A stretch of DNA of 63,937 nt, counting the filler, from Lenisia limosa (Eukaryota; Protista; Breviatea): assembly GCA_001655205.1 (NCBI GenBank). It is 10 parts of 10 records of this genome, joined end to end, with 100 filler letters (N's around TTAATTAATTAA, not from the genome) between each part and the next. Parts side by side here need not be neighbours in the genome. Positions count along the whole stretch, not along the records: positions 50,549 to 54,577 come from LPNZ01007420.1; positions 54,678 to 61,573 come from LPNZ01010133.1; positions 61,674 to 62,780 come from LPNZ01008973.1; positions 62,881 to 63,937 come from LPNZ01003875.1; 6 more parts are not named here. The stretch is one strand, 5' to 3'. The position numbers and the translations under genes were made by a program. This document shows, in pieces, positions 52,912 through 63,937 of the stretch (its first letter is position 1; each line of letters starts with the position of its first letter). A model generated the notes under the pieces. The model searched no databases. It had not been told where the DNA came from and saw only the letters and a list, made by a program, of their open reading frames with translations.

Positions 52912-53198
52912 TTCTCTAGATGCTGCTAAAGTAGCTGGAAAGTGGAAATGCTCAGGGAAAACCCCCTGTTTCTGTCGCTGTTGCTTTGTATATTCCTCCT
53001 TTCAGGCTTTCTTGATTTACATACGCAACACTGACTCAAAGCTGTCGTTGATTTTAAAGCACAATCACTCGGTTATTTTTTTTATTTAAATAATATATAC
53101 CTGGGACGTTAAACCTCCATTTATATAACCTTGTTACAAATTTCCTCCTCCAACCCCCCTTTCTCACTTAGAAGACACTTTTGTTGATATTATTAACA

Positions 53199-53978
53199 AT
53201 GGCAAAGAAAGGAAGGCGAAATTCCAACTCGCTGCCAACCACCCCCAATAAAAGCCCAAGAAAGCAACAGTATGCGCTTTAACGTTCCATATGAGCGTTA
53301 AATGATGTAATTTTTTTTACATTTCTTTTGATATTAGTGGATATTTAGTGAATTCAATTAGTTGACATGAACGCTGATTTTGAACTGGGAGGTTATGGAT
53401 TCCTGTTATTATCAAGATTATTTAGCTGCTCCTTACCGGAAAAATGATTGTATTTAGGGAAAAGTCAGACGAAGAAGACAGCCGTGATGATGTTAGCATG
53501 AGACAAGCTCTTGGCATTATTGATGAGGTTGGTGCGAATAATTATGTTATTATTTGGTGGTTCTTTCGCTACTTTCAAGCTACCCTCATTTATTGAGAAT
53601 TTTCAGTTTTGTATTCTGGTCAAATGAAGATCAATGATACTCTGATACACTCAGGGGGGGCTCGTTTTATCTTCGTTCATGTCGACTCGAAAGTCGATCA
53701 TATGATCATATCACTTGTGGATTTGGGGCAACATATTTTTTTCGAAAAATGAGTCACAAGATACCCTAGAAGTGACATGATAGGTCACAAAGATAATTCT
53801 TCAATCATGGCTTCACTTCGGTTTGAAAAAGAATGGATATCTCGAGCCCTATCTTCAATCACTGCATTTCATAAACCTTCAGGCCACCTTCAACGATGAC
53901 GACGAAGTGGAGTGGGTTAACGATGCTCAAGATGAGCTTGAAGATGGCGAGCTTTCTGTCCAGGACTATCTTGATTTT
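53199..53978 (+). CDS. Hypothetical acidic protein (fragment)
   Basis: MAKKGRRNSNSLPTTPNKSPRKQ / EKSDEEDSRDDVSMRQALGIIDE / ATFNDDDEVEWVNDAQDELEDGELSVQDYLDF with GT-AG junctions. Confidence 0.4.
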
Positions 53979-54696
53979 GTTGCGTGGGAGGGGGGTTGGC
54001 AGTAGGGCTTCACTTTGGTTCGAAAAGACCAGTAAAATATCGATAGTTTTCTGGGATTTATCAAGAAAATTTTTTTTTTTTTCAACCGAAGTGAAGCCCT
54101 AGGTAAAAGATCACTTTTTGGGTCATTTTCACTCGTGTGAACTATCAATTTCCACGCAGTGATAAGATATCTCAAACCCACCCATCTGATTGTATCAATG
54201 ATACTCTGGTGTATTTGGGATGAACCTCGTGTTATCTTTGTTCATCATTTATGATTATATCACTAGTGGATATGGGTCAACATACATACATATCTTGATT
54301 TTGTGGCGTGATGGGCACCCCGCTTGTTTCTTATTTTCGATTTTAATCCCGATGTGATACAACCTTTTGTTTTATTTCTCATCTCGAAACCGGGATAAGT
54401 CTTACGATTTGTTATATGTTTTCCCGGGAAAATCGGTCAAGACTTATCCCGGTCACTGTATACCATATACTATATTATATGATAGTATATACATGTATAT
54501 ACGTTATATATATACATGTATATATATATATATATATGTATGTATTATACGTATCATATAGTATACTAAACATAAATNNNNNNNNNNNNNNNNNNNNNNN
54601 NNNNNNNNNNNNNNNNNNNNNTTAATTAATTAANNNNNNNNNNNNNNNNNNNNNNNNNNNNNNNNNNNNNNNNNNNNATTTTAATTCCCAGGTCCC

Positions 54697-57600
54697 ACCT
54701 TCGGGCCTGAACACCTTGCCCTTTATGGAGTAGAAGAGGAACAGAACGTAGACAACGAAGACAATGAAAGTGGCGAGTCCCACCAGAGCCCATGCAAGGG
54801 CCTCAGTAAACCATGTGTCTACAAAGTGCTACGGGGGGGGGGGTTAAAATTGGAAAAGTNNNNNNNNNNNNNNNNNNNNNNNNNNNNNNNNNNNNNNNNN
54901 NNNNNNNNNNNNNNNNNNNNNNNNNNNNNNNNNNNNNNNNNNNNNNNNNNNNNNNNNNNNNNNNNNNNNNNNNNNNNNNNNGAACAGGGTCAAATAAAGT
55001 ATTTCAGAAAATTAAAGTGATTTAGAAAGGGGGGTACTGCGTTTGTGAAGAATAACACCATCATCTTGAACAATATATAGCAATGAGAAATAAAAAATAA
55101 GGTAATGTCTGGCCGAAGCCGTCCAAAACATCACGCGTATAAGAGATATTGGATTACAATTCACCCAATAATTTGCCCTACAACTCTGTGCACACAGCTT
55201 TCTGAGTGCCTCCCCGGCAACTATTGTTTTCTGACAGATATGCTTACTTTGTACTCCATGGATGAAATGGCACCAGCGCACATGGGGAAAGCAAAGGCCC
55301 TAGCGAGGGGTGTAAAAATCGAAAATGTTGAATCAAAGAAAAACCAAAAATCAACTCTTCCTCTAACAATTAATAAACAAGAGGTTTAAAAATAAAATAG
55401 AAGTCCAATCAAGTTGTGTTTACAGCACCGTATCTCATCTCAGGCATATTCAGGAAAATACTATGCTTAATGACGCAATATTGCCATACCTTGAATTCTA
55501 CAGTACCAAAAAAGACTAAATATATCGATAAATCCTCGATAAATATCGATATTTTACACGTGTTTCGAAATATGGGGAAGTCTTACCTATACCACCCCGC
55601 TTACATCCATGACATCTCAAAGCCGGTCTTCTTACATGCCCTGAAGAACATTGGGAGCAGCCGGATGAATAGAACAACAACTGTAGATTAAGATTGGGAC
55701 GAAGAGTCATAACTTGGGATTCACCTTTATCCACAAAAAGACCTAATTTCAAGATAACTCCTCGAATAATATCCTTATTTTACAGATCTTTTTCGTTTTT
55801 AGACTGGACTGAATATAGAAACAAAACCTAAAAGAACATCCGCTTGTGGATAGAAGCAACACGATGATTATTATAGCATCTGCACCCACAGTTCACACAA
55901 ATCAAATAATAAAAGACCTTAGAAATACTACTGGTCTTTTTTTGGTTATGCCAACATAAGCACAAATATCTAACAATTTTATGTAACAAAAAAACCCCAG
56001 TCAAAATCGTCCTCTTGTACCCACAGAAAATGCCGATCCAGAAGAGAGCCCTGCCAGTGACATTAAGCTCCTTTGCTAAATAGTAATTTCAGCTGATTCG
56101 GAGAAAAATAAACCAGATAATGAGTCAAAAAGCAGAGCAATTAGGCGTGAAAATATTGTAGACGAACTTAACAACATATACCTCCATACGAAGAAGGAAA
56201 TGGTAGCCAATTATAATTATCGTTTCCTGCTTGGATAATAGCTCACTTGCAGACACCCAAGTGATCATGAGAATGGCAGGGGGAGCAATGAAGATGAAGA
56301 GTGAAGGGATCAGTTTCGGCGGCATGGCCTTGAGGAAGGCAACTTTCGTGAACATTGCACAGAAAAGAACAATCCTTGGTGGTCAGCTGCGATTCGAGGT
56401 GGTGGATGAAAATTGAAATTAGTTACAGATAAGCTCAAAGTCAAAAGGCAACTAAATCAAAATATCAGGCATATTGAATATCGAGACAGGTGGTGGTGGT
56501 GGAATACCGGGATTTCGGCTTACACATAGTTGGGCACAAAACGTGATGCCACACTAACCAAAAGAACAGGGCAAAGCCAAAGTAGGCCCAAATGAATTCG
56601 ACGTAATCCGGGCCTTGTTTGGAGGCAGCTGGGGGGGGGGGGGTAAAGATNNNNNNNNNNNNNNNNNNNNNNNNNNNNNNNNNNNNNNNNNNNNNNNNNN
56701 NNNAATGGGGGAGAGAGAAAAAGAAAGGAGAAAATGGGAGATGGTTTCTGGATGTTGTTGAAATCACATCGCTCTGAAAGACCAATCTGGAGGGTTAGAA
56801 ACGGGAAACCTACTGGAACATCAGGGGGATGGGTGTTCAAAATAAATGACTTAGGGGACCAAATCTAATTGAGCGGTTGAATTCAGATCAATGGAACATT
56901 CGATACCTCGGATGACTCAAATTTTGAAACAAGAAATTTCACCCACCAACCAGATAAACGCAATTTTAACTTATATCTTGTAAAGCATGTCAATATAAAC
57001 TCTTTATTTGAATCAACCTACAGGTCATAGATTGAACTAGAATCCAGCCTAAATGTCAATAGGAATGGAGGATAAGAGAGAAGAGGAAAGGGTAGGGTGC
57101 CGAAGAATAATGTCAAGAGGGATAAAATAGAAAATGTATGAAACAAAAATTATAAGCCCAAAAGCAACTATCTTGGTAAACAACTGCCGAGGGGGTGAGG
57201 TAATTACTGATACCATCACAATCACGACCATGGATCAGGGCACAGAAAGGTTGTGATTTTATCACTGTAGTTTTAAGACTTATGATTATACTCAAATAAT
57301 ACACTTAATAATTAAAATTTATTCTACGGTTATTGACTTACATAGAGCTACGAGAGCGTTGCCAACAATGGGAATGAGCATCGCTGGTGTAATCTAAAGG
57401 GTCAGAATAGAATACAAACATTAGGGCAAGAGTTCAATTCATTCGGATTTCACAATTTGAAGTGAGGCATACTGTAGTACATTATGAATTATTTTCAAAA
57501 AAGCTTAATGGACAGAGTCCTGATAGTCATAAACGATTGTTTAAACCCCGACGCCCAAACCTGCTCCATTTTGATCATGTCAATCTCCCACCATCTTCCG

Positions 57601-59250
57601 AGGAACCACAGGGTGAACAGCGACTACTAAGTGAGACATTAGGTGATGTCACAATGAGTGCTTCACTTCGGTTCAAAAATGACTGAAATTCTCGAAAACT
57701 ATCGATATTTATCCAGTCTTTTTCGAGCCTGAAGTGAAGCGCAAGTCACAATGAGGGATAAAAAACAGCGACCAATCAAATAATCCAGAATAAAATAAAG
57801 AAGATACAATCATTGTAGTTGAGTTAAGGATTGCTTAGATTTTGTTAATAAACACTACCAAAGAAGAACAAAGAGATAAAAAGATTCAATTTGAAAAAAA
57901 AAGTTGGGTTAAAGGAAATAGGAAAATAATTATACCCACCTGGACGACCATGCCTATGGCGAAAAGGACCTTGCCGAGGTTGCGTTCATCTGGCGGAGCC
58001 ATAATGGAGAATAAAAGGACCACAATTGAGATAGCAGGGAAGAAGTTCGACTTGATTGGGTGTGTGATCTGGGAGTGTCAAGAATATGGCACGAGAGGAG
58101 TGGATTCTGGAGTCATGGTGTAACCAAAACATCGTAATCAATTTGTTTATATTTTCAAGATACAATTGACAAAACCAGGCAAATTTTCATGTATTGTTAT
58201 AAAGTAAAGCTAATGCAATTCCGGAAGGAAGCATTGAAGTAATATGAAAATAATAATACATTTCAACCTCAATGTCCCAAACCTCTTCTTTGAACTCCTC
58301 GAAGTTGAGCACGATTTTGATGAGATAGAGCACAAGAAATACAGCAAAGTTGACTGCTGTGAAGTAGGCCAGATACTAGGTTGCATTATATAACTGGGAC
58401 TAGTTGTGCATAAGTGGATAAAGTGAGTACAAGGGCTAGCCTGATTGTGTATGACATGGGGGATTATCGTCCCGGACCATCGTATTAAAATAGCTTGTAA
58501 CAGAATACACTATATAGAGGGGGGATACATACGGAAGAGCGAAGGGGGAATTTTACAAGTCTCGGAGGGTGACCATAATCAGGAATTCGTAGAGATAAGG
58601 TCTGTTTCAGGGAGTAACCGAATTATTTTTTAATTACGCAATAACTCATTCATTAATAGATGGCAATGACTAACCTCATAACCTTGAGGTGTGTCTAGAA
58701 CGACCTCTGCCTTCTTGTAAACCAGGCTAAGTCCAGCAAGCCCCATTGTAACAAGGAATAGCGTAACAGGTGCATGTTTCAAGAACTAAATGGCATTAGA
58801 CATTGCTGTATCGCTGAGAAACCTACCATTTTCAAAATATAAGAGGAGACTCTGGTTGACTATTACTTGAAAACTGATTGATAATATAAATAAACACGTT
58901 TATATTGCTTGTAATAAAAATAAGAAATGAATACTGGTCAATCACGGGGATTTATACAGTATTCAATGAGCCGAAGCTATTTTGACTCTAATTTCGTATT
59001 TTTATAAATATCGCAAAAACAATCACAAACAGAAGGAACAAAGCAGGTTTTAAGATGAATATATAAGATTGTCTAGTTTCATTCAGTATATTATAGACAA
59101 TGGGAACCATGAGTGAGGGCTCATCAAGGCCGGGCAGCGCCACCTCGTTGACCCATCCAACGCTCCACCGCTCCAACTCTTCACGCCTTTCTTTCAACCA
59201 ATCAAGCACCGACGTCCAGCAATCAAGGTTCGAAAAGCGTTTTTTTGGCT
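54697..59250 (-). CDS. TDT family (TehA / SLAC1 / Mae1-Ssu1 type) anion or dicarboxylate channel; ends uncertain
   Basis: Exons FLKHAPVTLFLVTMGLAGLSLVYKKAE / YLAYFTAVNFAVFLVLYLIKIVLNFEEFKEE / HPIKSNFFPAISIVVLLFS / TPAMLIPIVGNAL / MPPKLIPSLFIFIAPPAIL / FEMSW-WAFAFPMCAGAISS / ALAWALVGLATFIVFVVY carry the TDT motifs (HP..xNF, PxxxIPxVG, PxLFIxxAPPA, WWAxxFP). Confidence 0.85.
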
Positions 59251-61696
59251 GTGCCTGCATCACACTCGATCATGTCTCGAAAGATTCGGATATTCGGATA
59301 GAAAAACAGGAGAATGACAGCATGATATCATTTTGTCTGATGAAAACTTTTATATACCAGCGTTTCACAAATATTACTTCGAAAAAAAGAACACTATCTC
59401 ACCCCTATAGGCTTGTCGGTATGTGGACAAATCATGCTAATTGACAGAGTAATGGGCCAATTCTGTTTGTATTTCACTAATAGTATGGTGTTTTTCTGAA
59501 CTTTTACTTAAATGGCAATTACAACATACCCAATCTTGCCCAATTTTATAGTGATTTGTTTTCTTCAATGATTCGAAAATGTTTGCCTGTCAGACTTACG
59601 AATTCAGGACAGAAGAACTTATTTGGCGCTACTGCTGCAACACAGGTCAGAGGAAAGCATTCTAATTTTTGGGTTTTACCTTGATATTCACATGGGAGCT
59701 TATTATGAGGATCTGAAGTCATGACGATATTATAGAATGAGTATTTTTTTTTCTCGTTTTCTATTGAGGCTTCATTCTTCTCTGTCCTTTAAACATGTGA
59801 TTGTTTCACGATTTCGTTGATTTGAGGGGAGGAGATGTTGACTGACTGGGGCAGTTTTTGAAACAATTGTGTGGGAGAGTGGTGCAGTTAATTATGGTCC
59901 ATAATGGGAGAGATGGGTATAGGAATGTTAAGAGGCATTGCAGAATTAGGGAAAAGCTAAGTGGAACCAGCAGATGGGAGCAGCGAAGAGGAATGGGGAG
60001 TGGTATGGAGAATAAGGGATGTGGAAAGAGAGCGAATGAGAGGAGGTGGGGGTAATGGTCCATGCATTTACCCTCATAGGCCACCCTTGCCGGGCATGCC
60101 TCGCAGCTGTACCGACATGAAGACGAAGGAACACTCCTCGTACGCCGGGGGGTTTTCGACTTTGTTGCGTTGCAATAAACTATATGTACACTGACCGTGT
60201 AAGTACTGAAGAGGGTCGGTCAAGACTTACTGCTTTCTCTGAATTGATTGGATTTTGTTGATAATTTTGTACAGAATCTCTTATTTGCTTGATGGTGTGG
60301 ACGGTTGAGGCCAGATACAAGCTTGTTTTATTGCTCATCTATATACAGGGAAGATATCTTGAAAACATCACATTTGTCGAAAAAGTTATTCCAGTGTATT
60401 CAGTCTGCTTGTTTCAGTACCTTGACCGCGATAAATCCTGCAGGGCACCAATATTGAGCTTTATCAGTCATTCGTGTCAGAACTTATTTCGGTCACTGTT
60501 TACGTGACTCCTCTTAACTGCTTTTTTGATGATATATACATTTCGATATACTAATATATGTACTATAAATCGAAATATTTATATGATATATAAATACAGT
60601 TACCGGAATAAGTCTTGACGTATTTTCCCCTGGGAAATCACATTTATCCTTTATAGTTCTCAAACCAATGAGTTTTGCTCACATTTTAGACTGGCGTGAT
60701 AAAACTGACTATCCACGAAGTTACTGGCTGTGATATCGGTAGGAGTTCGTGTAGGACAAATCTTGTGTGAGCGATTAGTGTATAGGGACTCACTTTAGTG
60801 TAAATTGACCGAAAGTTTCGACAAATCCTTGATAAATACCGACGCATTACAGTTATTTTTCGTACAGGGTGAAGCCTTCGTAATACTAGTGTGGTTGATA
60901 GGAATTGTAAGGAATCGTATCAGTTTTATTTTAATAATAACTGCGGAAGTTCAGTGCCCTTTTCTCCATTGTTGTAAAAGGTTCCGTCTCTCAATTGAGC
61001 TTTAATATATTATAAATATAAAATTCAAGATTATTTCGTTTTTGTTTGTTTCATCCAGCTCCAATAACCNNNNNNNNNNNNNNNNNNNNNNNNNNNNNNN
61101 NNNNNNNNNNNNNNNNNNNNNNNNNNNNNNNNNNNNNNNAAATCGCCGTCAGAACCCTCCGCAAGTCCACGCGGCCCTATACACCAAAGTGGGAGGAGGT
61201 GCATCTAGGGCTTCATTTAGGTTCAAAAAAAAACTGAATTTCTTGATAAATCCCCGAAAACTGTCGATATTTTACCGGACTTTTCCGAATCGAAGTGAAG
61301 TCCAAGGTGCACCCCCAGGTTATTGGAGATTTATCATATTAATTAGACCTTAAATATGTCATTATGTGCATTTATCATACTATATACGGGATTTATGGCT
61401 TTTTTGTTTCATACAGTTTCCCCTATTGAATTTTCCCTTCGTTGATGTCCCCCAGGCCACACATCAACATCAACCAAACCAAGCACATCCCTGTAACTGT
61501 CGTGCGTGACCGCAGACATCCTTTTTCTCTAGTTGAAATTTCAGCTATGGTATGGGGGGGGGGGGATATAGGANNNNNNNNNNNNNNNNNNNNNNNNNNN
61601 NNNNNNNNNNNNNNNNNTTAATTAATTAANNNNNNNNNNNNNNNNNNNNNNNNNNNNNNNNNNNNNNNNNNNNAACTGAAGATATATGTATACCCC

Positions 61697-62780
61697 CCAC
61701 TGCATAAACTGGAGGTTGTGTTTCGTTTTGTCAAAGTCGCCATACAAGGCTTGAATCTAAAAAAAATAAAACGAAAGCTAAAACAAAAAACTATTACGAA
61801 AGAGCAATAAAACAAATAAAAGTCATTGAAAACCGAAAATCTAGACGGTTACACAGAAGAAGGGTAACCTTCAACGTGCAAGGCATGTCAACTGTGCTTA
61901 TTGTTTGGGAAGCTATTAATTGTGTAGGGTTGAGTTTTCGTTATATATGAATATGTCCCTGTTTTTATTTCCAAAATAATTTTCCAACCACACGGTACCC
62001 TGGAATAACCAAAATTAGAAAGAAAAATCAATGAAATGAGGTATGAAAAAAAAAAAACTTTACACTTTGAAAATCTAAGCAGTGAAGACAAGCATTCCCC
62101 TCACCTGTAATGAAGAAAGTACAATAGCATCAGTNNNNNNNNNNNNNNNNNNNNNNNNNNNNNNNNNNNNNNNNNNNNNNNNNNNNNNNNNNNNNNNNNN
62201 NNNNNNNNNNNNNNNNNNNNNNNNNGCACAAATCATCAAAAAGCCCCATACCAACCTGAATAAAGATGAGGTGGAGGGATTTGGAGTCAGAAATTTTGGC
62301 GTCTAACGTGGGATGGAAAATAGCCTTTCTGAAAACTAGCATTGCTGACGTGTCCGATTCTAAATAGTCAGATCTTGTAGATCTAGAGCTTCGGTCCAAA
62401 AAAGACTGAATACTTCGATAAATCCTCGATAAATATTGATATTTTACCTGCCAATTTCGAAACGTTTTTATGAAACACGTACATATACCACACCCTTCCT
62501 TACTATCCATGCAAATCTAGTTCATTCCCATTAGGGCTTCAATTCGGTTCGAAAAATACTGATAAACTATCGATAGTTTTCAAGGATTTATCGAGAAATT
62601 CAGTCTTTTTTCGAACCGAAGTAAGCCCTAATGCCCATACATGTGTACACCCCCCCCATACTAGCCCCCGGTTGCGCCAACACTCCGAAGCTCTTTGTCC
62701 TCTCCATGCGTGCGGCGTGATTGGGTGCGCTGGGACGCAAGATATTTGGCGCGGACGCCTCCAGTGTAGACATTACGCGG
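61697..62780 (-). CDS. FERM-domain protein (F1/F2 lobe region; incomplete at both ends)
   Basis: Exons 62359-62256 SDTSAMLVFRKAIFHPTLDAKISDSKSLHLIFIQ, 62134-62106 TDAIVLSSLQ and about 61755-61699 IQALYGDFDKTKHNLQFM follow the FERM central-lobe pattern (LxFRxxxF..D...LxLxYxQ ... AxxLAALQxQ..GD). Confidence 0.7.
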
Positions 62781-63759
62781 NNNNNNNNNNNNNNNNNNNN
62801 NNNNNNNNNNNNNNNNNNNNNNNNTTAATTAATTAANNNNNNNNNNNNNNNNNNNNNNNNNNNNNNNNNNNNNNNNNNNNGGTTCCAAAAGACACTTATC
62901 AGTCTTTTGGCCGAAAATGGTATTTTTTTTAGTTCTTTGTTCATCAATTTAGCCTATATCCTAAAAGAGTTGTAAGACGATGATATTATACTATTTCTCA
63001 TTGATGTGATGGTGTGGCTTCGGCCAGATACAACCGTTTTTATTAATGATTACTCAATATCAATCCGTTTAAATGGACAACCTGGAACAACACAGGTGAG
63101 GTCTTCATTTTGAATCCTGAGCATGATTTAGCCCATTCTGCAAGGAGGCGTCTCGCACAACGCAGTATTATTCCAAACGTAAAACAACTCAAATTCATTT
63201 TATGTTTGTTTGTGTTAACAGTTTGTGAGTATTCTTATCGGCGATTTCATCAAAATTTAACCCATATGCATCTGATTCCAAGTATGATGTTGAGATTCGT
63301 TTAAATTGGACTCAAAAAACGCGGGTCAGGTTTTCATTTTGCTGACGACTAGAGTCCTGAGTTGATCCACTGATTTAGCCCATTCTGCCAGGACTCGTAG
63401 GGACTCGGCCTCGCTGTGAGGGTGAAAATGGGAAATTAAAGGGGAAGCGGGAGGGAATTGGAAACATTTTATGAAAGAAAAAAAAAACTGTCATAACCAT
63501 ATACTAAGCAAAGGAAAGAATGGTGCACATCACAAAGCAAATAATCTGAAACTCCAAACAAACAAAACCAAAAAAACAAACAATAACAAAAACTCAAAAT
63601 AGATAAAAACCAGATGGCAAAAACACAAGCAAAAACAAGAATACAACAAAAAACAAAAGGCAAAAAAACAATAAAACAAAAGCAAGCATTATCAACCCAC
63701 CTCCTTCCCTATTGTCTACCCCCTCCCCTTCCCTATTACACAACACACCCAAAGTAACA

Positions 63760-63930
63760 TCCCCCCAACCACAGACAAAAACACTATTCTATCTCCCAAA
63801 ACACACACAGAGACAAACACACACACAGACAAACACAGCATTCTACATAAACACACAGAGAGACAAACACATCCTTCAATACCCCAACACAAACAAACAC
63901 ACAGAGAGACAAACACAGCATTCTATCCCC
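63760..63930. repeat. Low-complexity CA-rich repeat (ACACACAGAGACAAACACA..GCATTCTA), about 2 copies plus microsatellite
   Basis: Direct visual repeat at the window end. Confidence 0.7.
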
Positions 63931-63937
63931 CCCCCCC

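Noticed and set aside
1-63937. Alternative genetic code
   Set aside because: The well-supported genes (RNF5, aepY, integrin-like, flotillin) splice without in-frame stops and end in TGA, TAG or TAA.

Overview
Eukaryotic draft-genome sequence, not one locus. Ten unrelated scaffolds (1-13563, 13664-20768, 20869-25256, 25357-29762, 29863-44750, 44851-50448, 50549-54577, 54678-61573, 61674-62780, 62881-63937) are joined by artificial N44-TTAATTAATTAA-N44 linkers, so adjacency across linkers is meaningless. Genes are compact, GT-AG intron-rich, and appear to use the standard code, so the ORF track is mostly uninformative and I spliced the genes by eye. Recognisable genes: an integrin-beta-like receptor with about 22 Cys-rich EGF-type repeats, a TM helix and a DRxEY..F/NPLY tail; a SAP-domain protein; the PEX1 N-terminal region; an ABC1/ADCK2-like kinase; an RNF5/RNF185-like RING ligase; an intact phosphonopyruvate decarboxylase (aepY/ppd-like) with a possible mitochondrial leader; a flotillin-like SPFH protein; a TDT (TehA/SLAC1-type) transporter; and a FERM-domain protein. 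This gene set suggests an aerobic free-living protist, possibly an amoebozoan (inference only). Introns carry at least four families of short dispersed repeats: hAT-type MITEs with 8-bp TSDs, Tc1-type MITEs at TA, a roughly 100-bp sense-biased repeat, and a roughly 100-110-bp element whose C-tract+AG end repeatedly forms the 3' splice acceptor of the host intron. The last family is the most unusual signal (Introner-like or acceptor-donating). Gene boundaries are manual and approximate where gaps intervene.
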